NCBI RefSeq assembly: GCF_004010195.1
Contig: NC_057718.1
Span: 67,234,588 to 67,298,587, forward strand
From: Chiloscyllium plagiosum
Taxonomy: Eukaryota
Direction: 5' to 3'
Length of the DNA: 64,000 nt
A model generated the notes under the pieces. It saw only the letters and a list, made by a program, of their open reading frames with translations. It was not told where the DNA came from and did not search any database. Each line of letters starts with the position of its first letter. The stretch's first letter is position 1. The position numbers were made by a program, and so were the translations under genes. Positions 1 through 13,707 of this stretch are shown one piece after another.

Positions 1-722
1 TCTATATCTATCAGTTGAGCTTTAAGCATTACTTGGATGAAATGCAGGAAGATTGTGGGCCTCTTACAAAGCCTGCTATTAATTTAAGTCAACTTAAAAA
101 AATCAAGTGAATTCAGCTACTGGTGTTCAATCATTCCCAACAGATTTTCTTGCCTAGTTTGACTGCGTATTCACCATTATTATCGCCATTATTCCTGGCA
201 TAATGGAGTTGATTGAGTAATAGCCCTGTCAACCTTCACAATTTTTTGCATCTTCATCAAGTTCACTCACTCTTCTGTCTACTCTTATAAGATAAATTTA
301 ATCATTGCCTGTTGTATTCACATTATACACTCATTTGATTAAACAGTATTTAAAATGTGCTGAGGTCAATCCCACAGAAGACTGGAGAATTTCCTGCCCG
401 TATTATCTGGTATGGCTCCTTCCAAGAAAGAAACTCAAGATTTAGTTCCCAGTTTAGAAAGTCAGCAGGTTTTGGTCTTCAACACCTTATTGTTAAAATC
501 ATGCCTCATCTATGCATCTTGCAAATTTGATAAGGTAATTTAAATGGATAGATCAAATTTCAAATATCACTGTGCAATTCAATTCCAACCCATAAATTGG
601 GCATTTTTGAGGCAAGTAGGAGAGGCAGGCATTGGCTTCACAGCTTTTGTTTCCACTTCTGCAAATTTCCAGTGGAAATAACAATGGTTAATGTCTGGAG
701 CTTCCCACATTTGTGTCTTTAT

Positions 723-793
723 ATGGATAAAGGGTAATGGATATGGCTTTGGCCTCCTAAGCCACAGATTGTGGGTTCAAGTTCAACCCTGCC
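723..793 (+). pseudogene. tRNA-Arg(CCT)-derived sequence (tRNA pseudogene or SINE head)
   Basis: 735-788 TAATGGATATGGCTTTGGCCTCCTAAGCCACAGATTGTGGGTTCAAGTTCAACC matches vertebrate tRNA-Arg-CCT as I recall it, with about 7 mismatches in 54 nt. The anticodon arm TTGGC-CTCCTAA-GCCA is recognisable and the acceptor stem is degenerate. Confidence 0.75.
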
Positions 794-1545
794 AAGTGTG
801 AGGTTGTCCATTTTGGAAGGACAAATAAGAATGCGGAATAGAGGGTTAATGGTAGGGTTCTTAGTAAGGTGGAGGAGCAGAGGGATCTTGGGGTCTATGG
901 TCATAGCTCTTTGAAAGTTGCCACTCAGGTGAATAGAGCTTGTAAGAAGGCCTATGGTGTATTAGCATTCATTAGCAGAGGGATTGAATTCAAGAGTCGT
1001 GAGGTGATGTTGCAGCTGTACAGGACCTTGGTAAGGCCACATTTGGAGTACTGTGTGCAGTTCTGGTCGCCTCATTTTAGGAAAGATGTGGAAACTTTGG
1101 GGAGGGTGCAGAGGAGATTTACCAGGATGTTGCCTGGAATGGAGAATAGGTCATACGAGGATAGGTTGAGAGTGCTAAGCCTTTTCTCATTTGGAACGGC
1201 GAAGGATGAGGGGTGACTTGATAGAGGTTTATAAGATGATCAGGGGAATAGATAGAGTAGACAGTCAGAGACTTTTTCCCCAGGTACAACAGAGTGTTAC
1301 AAAAGGACATAAATTTAAGGTGAAGGGTGGAAGGTATGGGGAGATGTCAGGGGTAGGTTCTTTACCCAGAGAGTGGTGGGGGCATGGAATGCGCTGCCTG
1401 TGGGAGTGGCAGAGTGACCTTTAAGCGGCAATTGGATAGATACATGGATAGGTGCTTAAGCTAGGACAAATGTTCGGCACAACATTGTGGGCCGAAGGGC
1501 CTGTTCTGTCCTGTATTGTTCTATGTTCTATGTTCTATGTTCTAT
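794..1545 (+). mobile_element. CR1 LINE, 5'-truncated (RT C-terminus and 3' UTR)
   Basis: KCEVVHFG...LYRTLVRPHLEYCVQFWSP...RRRMRGDLIEVYK; ends in a (TTCTATG)n tail. Confidence 0.95.
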
Positions 1546-3429
1546 CTTGTCACCTGACTTGTGTTAACTGATGAGTCAGGTAATGTGACAGAGTAATACA
1601 TTCAAAATGTGAGCTGTTTCTTCGTTCTTGCCAGATAAAACAATGTTGAGATTGGTTACTGCGTTACTGAACTAAAGAACTTCCAACTGCTGATAGTTTG
1701 AATGTTTTGAATATGACTCAAATGATGCCATGGTTAATTTTTCTACTCTTCTCTGTTAAACTATTAATGTGGTGTCACAACAGTTGTTAAGATTTAGCTT
1801 GAACAGCTCATGCGATTGAGATTAAATCATTATGTGTCAAGTAATTTGCACATAAATGAACAGAAAAACATGTATTTTGTTGAGAAATTTGGAATATTAT
1901 TAAGGAAATATTTTGTTCACATCAACATTTATTGAACAGTGCATTCATTGACAATGTTCTTCTGAATCACATGATTGACTAGTGATAAAAGCTGTTGTAT
2001 TGAGACTTCAGTAATACCTGATATTAAAACCTGGATTTTTCCAGCTTGCTGGAGATCCAGCAGGTGAGGACTTCTGCCCAGGCCTTAAATAACAGCCTGC
2101 AGATTTCTCCTCAAGAGAAAGCTTCTAACTTAAAATGCTAGGCAGGTTTTGGATAGGACTCCTGACCCTGACCATGGTTCTTCTATTGCAGCATTTTACA
2201 TTCCCAAGAAATCAGAAATCTGTCTCAGAAATATAAGATCATGAGAAGAAAATAAAAATGGCAAAAAAAGCACCATCAGGTATTTTTGCAATTATCAAAA
2301 CTTTGAGATTCTCAGAAACTTCAGTTGAAGAAACATTGAAGGTAACAAAACCAAGAAACAGTTTTCTTATCACACTGACAAAACAAATTTCAATGCCAGG
2401 TGTGCACTGTCCATCATGATTTTGAGGGTAAAAATGATGCAGCTATAATTTTATCTGAAATAAGCACTAGATATTGTGTATATGCAAGTAGTTTATTAAG
2501 TTTCCCGGGTTATGTTGCCAACGTGCATCTGCCCTGAACAAGCTGTCTGTCTGCAGGATAACTAATTCTATATGCACCAGGAGCAAGGGTTCTAAAAGGA
2601 ATGGCTATGAGCCACCACCAAAAAGACTTACCTTTCCTGCAAATGATTACCTGAATGTAAAGCCAGGTTCATAGTTAACCCCATCCTAATCATTATATTC
2701 AGTGATTAGGTGTCTTTGTCATGCTTGTATACCACCAATTTCTAATGTCGCGGACTGAACGTTGGTGCTTTGTTTTAAGCCATCATCAAAATGTTTTTAA
2801 TATGTGACATACTTGCTGTCAGAATGTTTCTAAATTTAAATTATTCTAGCAATGGAGTCTGTACGTTTAATGATTATTCAATACATGCAGCAAATTTTTA
2901 ACATGACATCCCATACATATTATCATACTCAAAGAATTGATACTGTTGAGTGAGAAAAACTCAAATTCACTTCCAGCCTTTTCATGGCAAGTCTGAAGTT
3001 TCTAAGATGAATTGATGATGTAGCTGAATGGAGATATTATAAATACTGATGATAGTCAGTGAGCTGTGAGGTTACTTGTAGTTGAATCATGAGGTCAGCT
3101 CTGAGGTAAACATGAACTTGAAAATAGTTGGGGAAGAATCCTTCTTCACTTTCATGCTGTTGCTGTCTTACCATGTCTGTGTAGTTGCCTTCTAGATAGT
3201 TCAATCGTTTATTAGATAGCGGGCTGAATTTTGGCATGTTTTGAAGATGTGTCATTTTGTGTTGATTTTTGTGGAAGGTGTTTGTATGTGAGGCAAAGTG
3301 AGTTTTTTTGTGCTATCACCTCAAAGTGTCCTCATCAATGACTTACCAAGTCCCTATGACACCCTCTCATTTGATGCTAGCTTGATTCTCCAACTGGCCA
3401 TAGCCAAAAATATTCACCTCTTCCAGGAT

Positions 3430-4042
3430 ATAGAGTCATAGAGATGTATAGCATGGAAACATACCCTTTGGTCCAAACCATCCGTGCCAACCAGATATCC
3501 CAAACCAATCTAGTCCCACCTGCCAGCACCCAGGCCATATCCCTCCAAACCCTTTCTATTCATATACCCATCCAAATGCCTCTTAAATGTTGCAATTGTA
3601 CCAGCCTCCACCACTTCCTCTGGCAGCTCATTCCATACCCGTACCACTCTCTGTGTGAAAAAGTTGCCCCGTAGGTCTCTTTTATATCTTTCCCCTCTCA
3701 CCCTAAACCTATGCCCTCCGGTTCTGGACTCCCCGACCCCAGGGAAAAGACTTTGCCTATTTANNNNNNNNNNNNNNNNNNNNNNNNNNNNNNNNNNNNN
3801 NNNNNNNNNNNNNNNNGCTCCAGGGAAAATAGCCCCAACCTGTTCAGTCTCTCCCTATAGCTCAAATCCTCCAACCCTGGCAACATCCTTATAAATCTTT
3901 TCTGAACCCTTTCAAGTTTCACAACATCTTTCCAATAGGAAGGAGACCAGAATTGCTTGCAATATTCCAACAGTGGCCTAACCAATGTCCTGTATAGCCG
4001 CAACATGACCTCCCAACTCCTATACTCAGTACTCTGACCAAT
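3430..4042 (-). mobile_element. CR1 (HER1-like) LINE 3' fragment
   Basis: LYRTLVRPLLEYC, FFTQRVVRVWNELP and a CTCTATGA-type tail; spans a small N gap. Confidence 0.95.
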
Positions 4043-5567
4043 CCTGGCATTGGCGCTATATATAAAAGGCTATTGTACATGTAGCCAAACACTGGCAGTC
4101 TGAAGCTGCCCTGTACATTTGCAGACATTTGCAGACCTTGGGCATGGCTGAGAAAGGACCTTGATGCCCCCCAAATGCAGAGAGGGACCTGGATGTCCTG
4201 GTTAATGGGGTGATACAGATCAGGCCATCTTCTTTCCCGAGAACTGCCAGAAAATGCCAGATCTTGCTAATCTAGTTGAAGGTTGCCAAGCTAAGTGGTA
4301 CAATCTGCTGTCTGGTACCTCTGGCTCACACTGCTATTGTACCGAAAGCTGATTTTTGAATAACTGCAATTAAGTTGTTGTCAATTTTCCTTTATGATAT
4401 TGAGGGGTGTGAGTTCCAAGACTTTGATCCAGCGACAGTAAAGGAGCAGCGATGCATTTCCAAGACAGGATGGTGAGTAAATTGAAGGAGAACTTGAGCG
4501 TGAAGGTGTTCACTCCCTACCAAGCCACATTCTCACAATCACATACAACCCCTTCCCTCACTCACTTGGCCACTCCAAAAACTCAGATTACTAAACCTGC
4601 ATGGGATTTTACACAATCGACTCACTCACTTGGGGCACCTCACTGCCTTTCCACCATCTACATCAGCACTATGGCTGAGTCAACCACTTGCAACTCACTC
4701 AAACTTGCTCCCAGCTTCAATGATAGGGAAGTCCAGCACATCATTGCAAACATTAAGACTGAAGCATTCAGAACAATCTTCGGCCTCAGGATGATCCATC
4801 TTGGCCTCTTCCAGATGTCCACAGCATCACTGATGCCAGTCTCCATCCAATTCAATTTTCACTCCACATGATATCAAGAAATGATTGGAGGTAGTGGATG
4901 CTGCAATTATGGACTGTCGCAACATTCCTACAATAGTACTGAGGACATGTGTTCCGGAATTTCCACACTCCTAGATGAGCTATTCCAGTGCAACTACAAC
5001 AGTGACATCCATCCAGCAATGTGGAAAATTGCTTAGCTGTGTCCTGTCCACACAAAATAGCTCAATCCTAACCTGCCAATCAACATTCCATCAGTTTACT
5101 CATGGTCATCAGCAGTGCGATGGAAGGAGTGCTATCAAGCAGCACCTCCTCAGAAATAACCTGCTCACTGATGGTCAACTTGGGTTCTGCCAAGGCCACT
5201 CACCTCCTGATATCATTACAACCTGAGTCTAACCTGAGAAAAGAACAGAATTCTTGAGATGAGAGTCACTTCCTTGACATCAATGGGTGTCAGAGGGAAA
5301 AGTCTTCACTGATTGGAATCATACTTGGCACACAGGAAGTGGTTCTTGGAGGTCAGTCATCTCAGCTCCGAGACATCACTGCAGAAGTTCCTCAGGATAA
5401 TGCCCCAGGCCCAACCATCTTCAGCTGCTTCATCAATGACCTTACTTCACAATAACTTTAGAGGTGGGGATGTTTGCTGAAGATTGCACAATATTCAGCA
5501 TCATTTGAGACTCCTTAGACATTGAAGGAGTTCATGTTCAAATCCTGGATAATAAATAGGCTTGGGC

Positions 5568-5642
5568 AAAACCTGTGCCCACACCTCCTCCCTCACCTCC
5601 ATCCAAGGCCCTAAAGGAGCCTTCCACATCCATCAAAGTTTT
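5568..5642 (+). mobile_element. Short internal Penelope fragment (region just before GIY-YIG) inside the LINE
   Basis: GCAAAACCTGTGCCCACACCTCCTCCCTCACCTCCATCCAAGGCCCTAAAGGAGCCTTCCACATCCATCAAAG closely matches 21394-21467. Confidence 0.85.
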
Positions 5643-5744
5643 GCGTAAGTAAAATTCACAACACACATGCCAGGCATTGATTATCTCCAATAAGAGAGTA
5701 TCTAACCTTCACCCCTTCCTAGTCAATGCATCATCATCACTGAG

Positions 5745-5885
5745 TAAGACGATAAGATATTGGTACAGAATTAGACCATTTGGACTATTAAGTTTGCTCT
5801 ACCATTGAATCATGGCTGATATGTTTCTCAATACCATTCACTGTTTTCTCCATGTATCCTTTGATCCCTTCACTCATCAAGAATC
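5745..5885 (-). mobile_element. CR1 3' tail fragment
   Basis: ATAAGATATTGGTACAGAATTAGACCATTTGG...ACCATTGAATCATGGCTGAT is similar to the CR1 tail at 48045-48130. Confidence 0.65.
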
Positions 5886-5967
5886 TTCCACTCCCCCACC
5901 ATTAATTTCCTGGGGTTTTCCATTAATCAGAAACTGAGCTGGTCTAGCCAGTGGTGAGGAATCTTAA

Positions 5968-6277
5968 GGGCAGCCTAGTGGCTCAGTGGTTAGCACTGCC
6001 ACCTCACAGCATGCTGTTTCTTTTTTCCTCCAGTGCTCTGGTTTCCTCTAGTGCTCTGGTTTCCTCCCACAGTGCAAAGATGTTCAGGTTAGGTGGCTTG
6101 GCCATGCGAAATTGTCTACAGTGTCCAAGAATGTGCAGCCCAGGAGGCTTAGCCATAGGAAATGCAGGGTTACAGGTATAGGTTAGGGGGATGGGCCTGG
6201 GTGTGATGCTCTTCGGAGGAGCAGTCTGGTCTCAAAGGGCCAAATGGTCTGTTTCTACACTGAAGAGATTCTATGAA
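5968..6277 (+). mobile_element. HE1-type tRNA-derived SINE
   Basis: GGGCAGC..GTGGCTCAGTGGTTAGCACTGCC head; CR1-like tail AAGGGCCAAATGG..TACACTG..GATTCTATGA. Confidence 0.9.
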
Positions 6278-7030
6278 GTAATTCACTTCCTGACTCACTA
6301 ATGCCTATCACCATCTACAAGGCACAACTGTAATGGATAAGTTCACCTCCAGCAACATTGAAGAAGCTTGATACCATCCAGGACAAAGCAGCCAACTTGA
6401 TTGGTGGCACATTTAGAAACATTCAGTCCATCCACACAGATGCTCAGTCACAGTATTGTATTTCGTCTACAAGACACAACTGCAGGAAGCTGACAAAGAT
6501 CATCAGGCAGCACCTTTCAAATGCACAACCACTTTTTTCTCCAAAAGGATAAGAGTAGCAGGACGTCATCATCTTCAAGTTCCTCTCCAAGTCACTCACC
6601 ATCCAGACTTGGAAACATATCACCATTTCTTCAGTAACATTAGGTCAACGCCTTAGAAATCCCTTCCTATTAGCATTGTGGGTCTAACGATGTCAAATAG
6701 ATTACAGCAGTTTAAGAGAGAAGCTCACCACCACCTTCTCAATATGGCAATAAACATGGTACAAGCCAACAATGCCCACATCCAGTAGGTGCATTTCTAC
6801 AAAAACAGCAGTCTGACTTCAACCTGCACAATTAAGTTTCCCTTTCTCAGCAGAGGCTTCTGATAAGACCCCTTGACCTTTAGTCAATGGAATCACAATT
6901 CTGATCATGGCCCACACCTTTCTGGAACTTAACCTAACAGCCTTCCTCAATGAGTGACCAGAGCCTGCCTGATACCTATACAGCTTCCACAACTTATGCA
7001 AACTGGTTGTACTGGGCCCACAGAGCTGGG

Positions 7031-7141
7031 TCAGTGGTGCTGGAAGAGCACAGCAATTCAGGCAGCATCCGAGGACAGGCAAAATTCCAGCACCACTGAT
7101 CCAGAATCTGGTTTCCAGCATCTGCAGTCATTGTTTTTACT
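7031..7141. mobile_element. PLE-derived fold-back mini-element
   Basis: Inverted arms TCAGTGGTGCTGGAA / TTCCAGCACCACTGA; TSD ACAGAGCTGGG at 7020-7030 and 7142-7152. Confidence 0.85.
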
Positions 7142-8479
7142 ACAGAGCTGGGACCTATTCTCCAAACTGAAAAGGTACAGATACAATAACTGCAACCACC
7201 AGACTGGCTGACCGATTCGTGCCAAAACCCCTCCACTGATTTCAGAGGTTACTCTTGACTTACTGTACCGGGCCCCCTGACTGAACAATGTCGTTCTTGA
7301 TTTGAGTGTGAACTACTCCCTTCACACTTTGAGACATGGCCTTTTGCTTGCAGCATGGCATGTGTTTGCTGTGTGTATGGTTGGCCTGTGTGCAGGTGTG
7401 AGACTGACATGGCACCGTGCTATTCAACAAAGAGTCCACGTCCTTGACTGATGACACTGACCAGCAAGTCAAGCTGCCTGACTTTGCTTCTGCAGTAAAC
7501 TACAAAGCAATGCAAATGTACTGCAAGCCTTTAAAGTGTAGCTAAGTGGGCAAAGCTTAAGGGTTCATCCATAGAATACATTATGAATTATCAATGTAGT
7601 GTAGGATTGGATTCAGACCAGAAGAAAGTGGTGGACATTTTTACCTGAAAAGTTTTGAATGACAACTGACAGTTTTGAGACAGTTACAGAGTTTTTGACA
7701 CAAATCCACAAGCTGCTCTAGTGAGATTTGAACTCATAACTTTAGGTTATTGCAACATTTGTGAAATTTCAGCAGTTAACCTGCATAGCATTCTGACCAT
7801 GATACAAACTCCTGGCTCAATAGGCATTTCTTTGATAAAGACCTATTTGGATTGGGCCCTTTGAGGAAGCAACTGTGGAATGGACAAACTCCAAATGTGC
7901 TGTTATCACTTCCTTACAGAAATCACATCAAACATTATTTGATGACCTGCTTCTGTAAGCTTCACTTCAGAAACAACAAATGGAAAGACAGAAATCTAGA
8001 AATTTGTCTGTATTTTCAGCTGCCAATCCAGCAGTGACAAGAACCATTTGTCTCCACAATCAATAAATTGAATAGGCTGAGCACATCTATGGAGTTATGT
8101 GCTGTTTCTATTCAACAATATCCTCCATGGCTATATTTTGAAAATTTTCTATTGATTGCAGTCGATAAAGAGTGAACTTCAAACACTGGAATCAGTCTTT
8201 ATCTGACCACTGTACCTGGTGTTATTTATATCCACAGGCTCCAAAAGATAATTTGCCCTGGAGTAATACTACCTCTCCTTTGGGGCAGACAACCGATTCA
8301 CATGAAGATAATGCAAACTTGTTCCTCCTACAGCATTAGGAGCTGACAAGTGTGCTTCAGAACGTCATTCTTGTTTTACATAAAAATCATTGGAATCAAA
8401 GATATTTGAGCTTGATTCCAGGAAAGTAGCAGGAAGGTGGATGTGGAGTGAGGTAGGTGCATCTCTTTGATACTCCACA

Positions 8480-9258
8480 AACAGGACTTGTACACTTAAT
8501 GGACACTTAAAGGTCCGAGGGAGTGTTGCTGAACAAAGAGACCTTGGAGTGCAGGTTCATAATTTTTTGAAAGCACGTTTACAGGTAGATAGGATAGTGA
8601 AGAAGGCATTTGGTTTGCATCCCTTTATTGGTCAGAGTATTGAGTACAGGAGTTGAGAGGTCATGTTGCAGCTGTACGGAACATTGGTTAGGCCACTTTT
8701 GGAATATTGCATGCAATTCTGGTCTTCTTCCTATTCAGAAGGATGATGTGAAATTTGAAAGTGTTCAGAAAAGATTTACAAGGTTGTTGCCAGGGTTGGA
8801 GGATTTGAGCTAAAGGGAGAGGTTGAATAGGCTGGGGCTGTTTTCCTTGGAACGGCGGGGATTGAGGGGTGACCTTATAGAGGCTTATAAAAATCATGAG
8901 GGGCATGGATAGGATATATAGACAAAGTTTCTTCCCTGTGATGGGGGAGTCCAGAACTAGAGGGCAAGGGTTTAGGGTGAGACGGGAAAGATATAGAAGA
9001 GACCTAAGGGGCAATTTTTTCACACAAAGGGTGGTCGTGTATGGAATGAGCTCCCAGAGAAAGTGGTGGAGGCTAGTACAATTGCAACATTTAAAAGACC
9101 ATCTGGATGGGTATATGAATAGGAAGAGTTTGGAGGGATGTGGGCTGAGTGCTGGCAGGTGGGACTAGATTGGGTTGGGATATCTGGTCAGCATGGATAG
9201 GTTGAACTGAAGGGTCTGTTTCTGTGCTGTACATCTCTATGACTCTATAACTCTAATC
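8480..9258 (+). mobile_element. CR1 (HER1-like) LINE 3' fragment
   Basis: EQRDLGVQV...GNFFTQRVV...CTCTATGACTCTATAACTCTA tail. Confidence 0.95.
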
Positions 9259-10811
9259 TATGCCTGATCTTCAATGTTGATAACCTTGTGGACATCAGAA
9301 CCCTGTTCCCCTTTAAAATTCAATAAATACTTGAACTTAGAAAGACAATATATTGACATTTTATTCTTTAGTATGTGTTTTTACATTGATTATATGGACC
9401 TCTTGATTATCTGGAATATTTGATCAACCTGGTCCCATAGGTGCGGTTAATAAAAAGCTTGCTGTATTTCCCTCTTTTCCTTAAGTTTAATCAGTTTCAT
9501 CCTCACACGTTCTTGAGAGTTCTCCACTGTTCAACACTGCCAGTGCTACTATTCACCGTTTTCCCCTTGTTCTTTTAGCCTGCTACCACCACACACATTT
9601 CATAATAAACCCAAGCATTGCATCCAGGTCAAAGATCATCACAAAATCCCTCCCCAAAACTTGCATCGTACACATAGTAACAATTGCATGAATATCACTG
9701 CACATATGAAGGTAGTTTTTGATGTGTAAAATCCTGGTTATATCAGGTCAGTTTCACATTAATCAGAAAAGGTCTTTGATATTTGTAAAGAATATGAGGG
9801 GTCATTCAATGGCTTCAAATCTGCTAATATCTTTACAATTCGATTGTCTGAAGATGCACACACATTAAGTGCTCCGTTGTCTTTTTACCAACAAATCAAA
9901 AAATGTATATCAGTTTCTCTGTCTCATGAAATCCTGGAGGACAGAGCTTAGGCAATTTCTGAAAACCATCCATTGCAAACAGTTTTTGCTTTTAGATGTT
10001 AAGTTACATCTGTTCTTGCTGAAGGGCCAACTACAGGAGATTGTCTTGGGGAAGGTGTTGAATGGTCGCTAAAAGTAACCCATAGTTTTATTTTTGTGTA
10101 AATATTTGTGACATCGTGTCACAGGCCCCTTAAACATCCACAATTTAGTTGACTTTGACCTTAAAAATTGTGCATTAACCAAATTAATTTGTATAGAAAT
10201 GGCCACTGCTGGTTTCAGGTTAATGAAAGATTACCAAACTGAAATGAAAACATTTCATGTCTGCTAATTGATGTGCTGCATGGTACCAATATTTCCTGCT
10301 TTAACTTCATTCAAATGAATTAACTAGTTATTATTCATTGCTGTTTATGTGAATTTGTTATGTGCATCTAAGAGACGTAAATACCTACTTTACAGCAGTG
10401 ATTGACGAGTTTCCCTCTTGAAGTTTAAGGGCCATTGCAAATGAGGTTAAAGGTAATGTCCAGGGAAGTGCCAGAGTTTGACCTGCACACATTCTTTGAC
10501 ACTTACACAGCACCTTATGGGTTTAAGCACAGAATTAGTGATGATTTCACATGTCTCTGGAGGGAAAGGCTGTTCTGTGTATGAGCTTTTTTAAGGCAAT
10601 GCATAAACATTCCATGGAGATTTTCAATGATCAGTTCGCACATTCACTGTCCCCCACAACACAACTATCTGGAAAGTCAGTTGTCCAAGCTAAATTTTCC
10701 TATAGAGGATATTCAAGCATATCACGACATGGTTACAGTCTCTCTGCACTCCAAAGCAATGAAGGAAAGTGGGTGAAGTGTATTGTTTCTTTTTAGGTAA
10801 TTTCTGGGTCT

Positions 10812-13675
10812 CCAGATTGTTAAAGGTGCAGAAATGACTTTTAGTAGCATGGTGCATTCTTCTTGTCAGATGTGGGAGATTAGGGAAAATGTGAATGCTC
10901 CTGGAGACCATGTCTATCGGAAGTGTGTTTGGTTGTGAATCCTATCAGATCGCACAGAGCGGTTGGAGCTCAGTTAGAGGCAGTGAGGAGCTTACAAGAG
11001 CAAGGGGTGTGATGGATGGAAGTTTCAAGAAGGTGGAGACATCGCAGGTACAGTTAGGTAGATTATAGGAGAGGTAGCCAGGTAGTGCAGGAGTCTCTTG
11101 TGGCTACCCCTATTTCAAAGAGGCATGCCATTTGGATACTATAGTGGGGGATGGCCTCTCAGGAACATATAGCACTGACAGCCAAGTTTCTGGTATCATG
11201 ACTGGCTCTACATGTAATTATGGTTCCTGTCAGGTTCCAGGTGATCAATTATAATAGGGGACTCTTTTGTCTGGGGCATAGATAGGTGTATCTGTAGCCG
11301 TCACCGAGACATCAGGATGATGTGTTGCCTCCCTGGTGCCAAGGTCAAGGATGTCTCAGTGCATGTGCAGAATATTCAGAAAGGGGAGAGGGACCTACAG
11401 GAGGTCATTGTGCATGTTGGTAACTATGACAAAGACAGGGGAAAGGATAAGGTTCTGCATAGAGAATACAGGAAATTCGGAAGGACGTTAACATGTAGGT
11501 CCTCGAGAGTAGTCATATCTGGACTACTACCGGTCCAGTGGGCTAGAGAGAGAATACAAATAGGAGAATAATGCAGATGAATGTTTGGCTGAGGAGCTGG
11601 TGCAGGAGGAAGGGACACATATTTTTGGTCCATTGGGATCCCTTCAGGGGTATAAATGATCTGATTAAGAGGGACAGATTCCACCTGAATTGGAAGGAGA
11701 TTAATATCCTTGCAGAGAAATTTGCTAGTGAAATTTGGGAGGCTTTAAACTGGTAAGTCTGTTGGGGGGGGGGGGGGAGCAGAATGGGGTGGGTGGAGGT
11801 GCAAACAAAAGTGGAAGTGAGAAGCTGGCACAGTAGATAAGGGGAGCAAGTCTAATAGCTGATACAGACAAGAACTTGGCAGAGAACTAGATAAGACTGA
11901 TAAGAGCAATACTTGACTTTCTGTTGGGAAATGAGGCAGGGCAAGTAACTGAGGTGTCAGTGGGAGAGCACTTTGGGGCAAGTGATCATAATTCTATTAG
12001 TTTTTAAATAGTTATGGAAAAAGATAGGATTGATCAACAAGTTAAAGTTCTAAATTGGAGTAAGGCCAATATTGACAGTATTAGATGTGAACTTTCAAAG
12101 GTTAATTGGGGGAGGCTGTCAGCACGTTAAGGGATGGTTGGGAAGTGAGAGGCTTTAAGAATGAGAAAACAAGAGTTCGGAATGTGAAGGGAAAGGCTGG
12201 TAGGTGTAGAGAATGGTGGATGACTAGAGAAATTGAGGTTGTGGTCAAGAAAAAGGAGGCATATATCAGACATTGACAACTGGATTGAGCGAATCCCTAA
12301 AAGGGTATGTGTAGGAGTACACTTCAGAAGGAAATCAGGGAGACAAAAAGGGGAAATCAGATAACTTTGGCAAACAAAGTTAAGGAGAATCCAAAGAGAT
12401 TCAATAAATATATTAAGGGCAAAAAGGTAACTAAAGAGAGAATAGGGCCCTTTAAAGATCAACGTGACCATTTATGTGTGGAAACTCAGGAGAAGGGTAA
12501 GATACTAAACAAATATTTTGCATCAGTATTTACTGTGGACAAGGACTTGGAAGCCATAGTACTTGAGGAAATAAATATTGATGTCTTGAAAAGAGTTTGA
12601 GTTACTGAATAGGCAATGCTGGAGTTTATAACAAGCATAAAGGTAGATAAATCTCTGAGACCTAACCAGGTGTTTCCCAGAACTTTTTAGGAATCTAGGG
12701 AAGAATTTGCTGTGCCCCTTGCTGAGATATTTGTATCATTGATAGTCACAAGTGAGGTGCTAGAAGACTGGATATTGGCTAATGTTGTTCTCTTGTTTGA
12801 GAAATGCCGCAAGGAAATGTCAGGGCATTATACACTGGTGAGCCTTAAATCAATGGTGGTTAAACTGTTGGAAGGGATTCTGAAGGGCAGGATTTACATG
12901 CATTTTGAAGGCAAGGACTTATTCGGGATAGTCAGCAAGACTTTGTGCATGAGAAATCGTGTCTCACTATCTTGATTTTTTTTTGACGGGGTGATAAAAT
13001 AGATGAATGAAGGCAGAGCGGTAGATGCTATCTGTATGGACTTCAGCAAAGGTTTGAAAAGCTTCGTCATGATAGACTGGTTAATAAGGTTAGATCTCAT
13101 GGGATCTGGGGGAGCTAGCCAATTAGGTGCAAAATTGGCTTGATGGTAGGAGACGGACAGTGGTGCTTTTCAGATAGGAGGGCTGTAACCAGTGCTGTGC
13201 CAGAAGGATCAGTGCTGGATCCACTGCTTCTCATCATTTATATAAATGATTTAGATGTGAATATAGGAAACATGGTTAGTAAGCTTGCAGATGACATCAA
13301 ACTTGGTGGTGTAGTGGATAGTGAAAAAGATTATCTCAGAGTACACAAGATCTTGATCAGATAGGCCAATGGACTGAGGAGTGACTGATGGAGTTTAATT
13401 TAGATAGATGGTGGGGGGTTGCAATTTGGTAAGGCAATCCAGGGCAGGACTTATACACTTAATGGGAAGGTCCTGGGGAGTGTTGCCAAAGAAACCCAGT
13501 GGCACAGGGGCATAGGTCCTTGAAGGTGGAGTCATGGGTAGACAGTTTGTGAAATGACATTGGTCACAACATTGAGTATAGGAATTGAGTTGTCATGTTG
13601 TAGTTTTGGTGAAGCCAATTTTGGAGTATTGCATACAATTCTGGTTGCCCTTTTACAGGAGGAATGTTGTTAACG
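10812..13675 (+). mobile_element. Degenerate CR1 LINE with ORF1 (zinc finger and SGNH esterase) and ORF2; most of the endonuclease is deleted near 11900
   Basis: CxxCQMWE..., IIGDS, CCLPGAKVKDVS, VIVHVG, VVISGLLP, DRFHLN; then KENPKRFNKYI, SAVPEGSVLDP and KLADDIKLGG. Confidence 0.9.
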
Positions 13676-13707
13676 GTGGGGTGGGCAGATAGGTGAGGCT
13701 ATATACA

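Larger units (their letters stand above)
4700..6790 (+). mobile_element. Degenerate L2/CR1-group LINE (RT region to 3' tail), interrupted by younger insertions
   Basis: PAMWKIA, QLGFCQGHSPPDIIT, GPTIFSCFINDL, GMFAEDCTIF and KKLDTIQDKAA remnants; 3' tail GCTCACCACCACCTTCTCAA...GCCCACATCC. Confidence 0.8.

Noticed and set aside
1568..1595. CTGATGA-GTCA...TGAC as a hammerhead
   Set aside because: The stem is followed by AGAG rather than GAAA, and there is no helix III or cleavage triplet.
7840..8450. Possible piggyBac transposase traces or small exons
   Set aside because: Only weak motif echoes (HYFDD, GADKC) in inconsistent frames.
9395..9466. Tiny Tigger-like MITE
   Set aside because: The TIRs are too decayed to confirm.
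10320..10405. Deu-type SINE remnant (also near 24560-24660)
   Set aside because: The similarity is short and too degenerate to call from memory.
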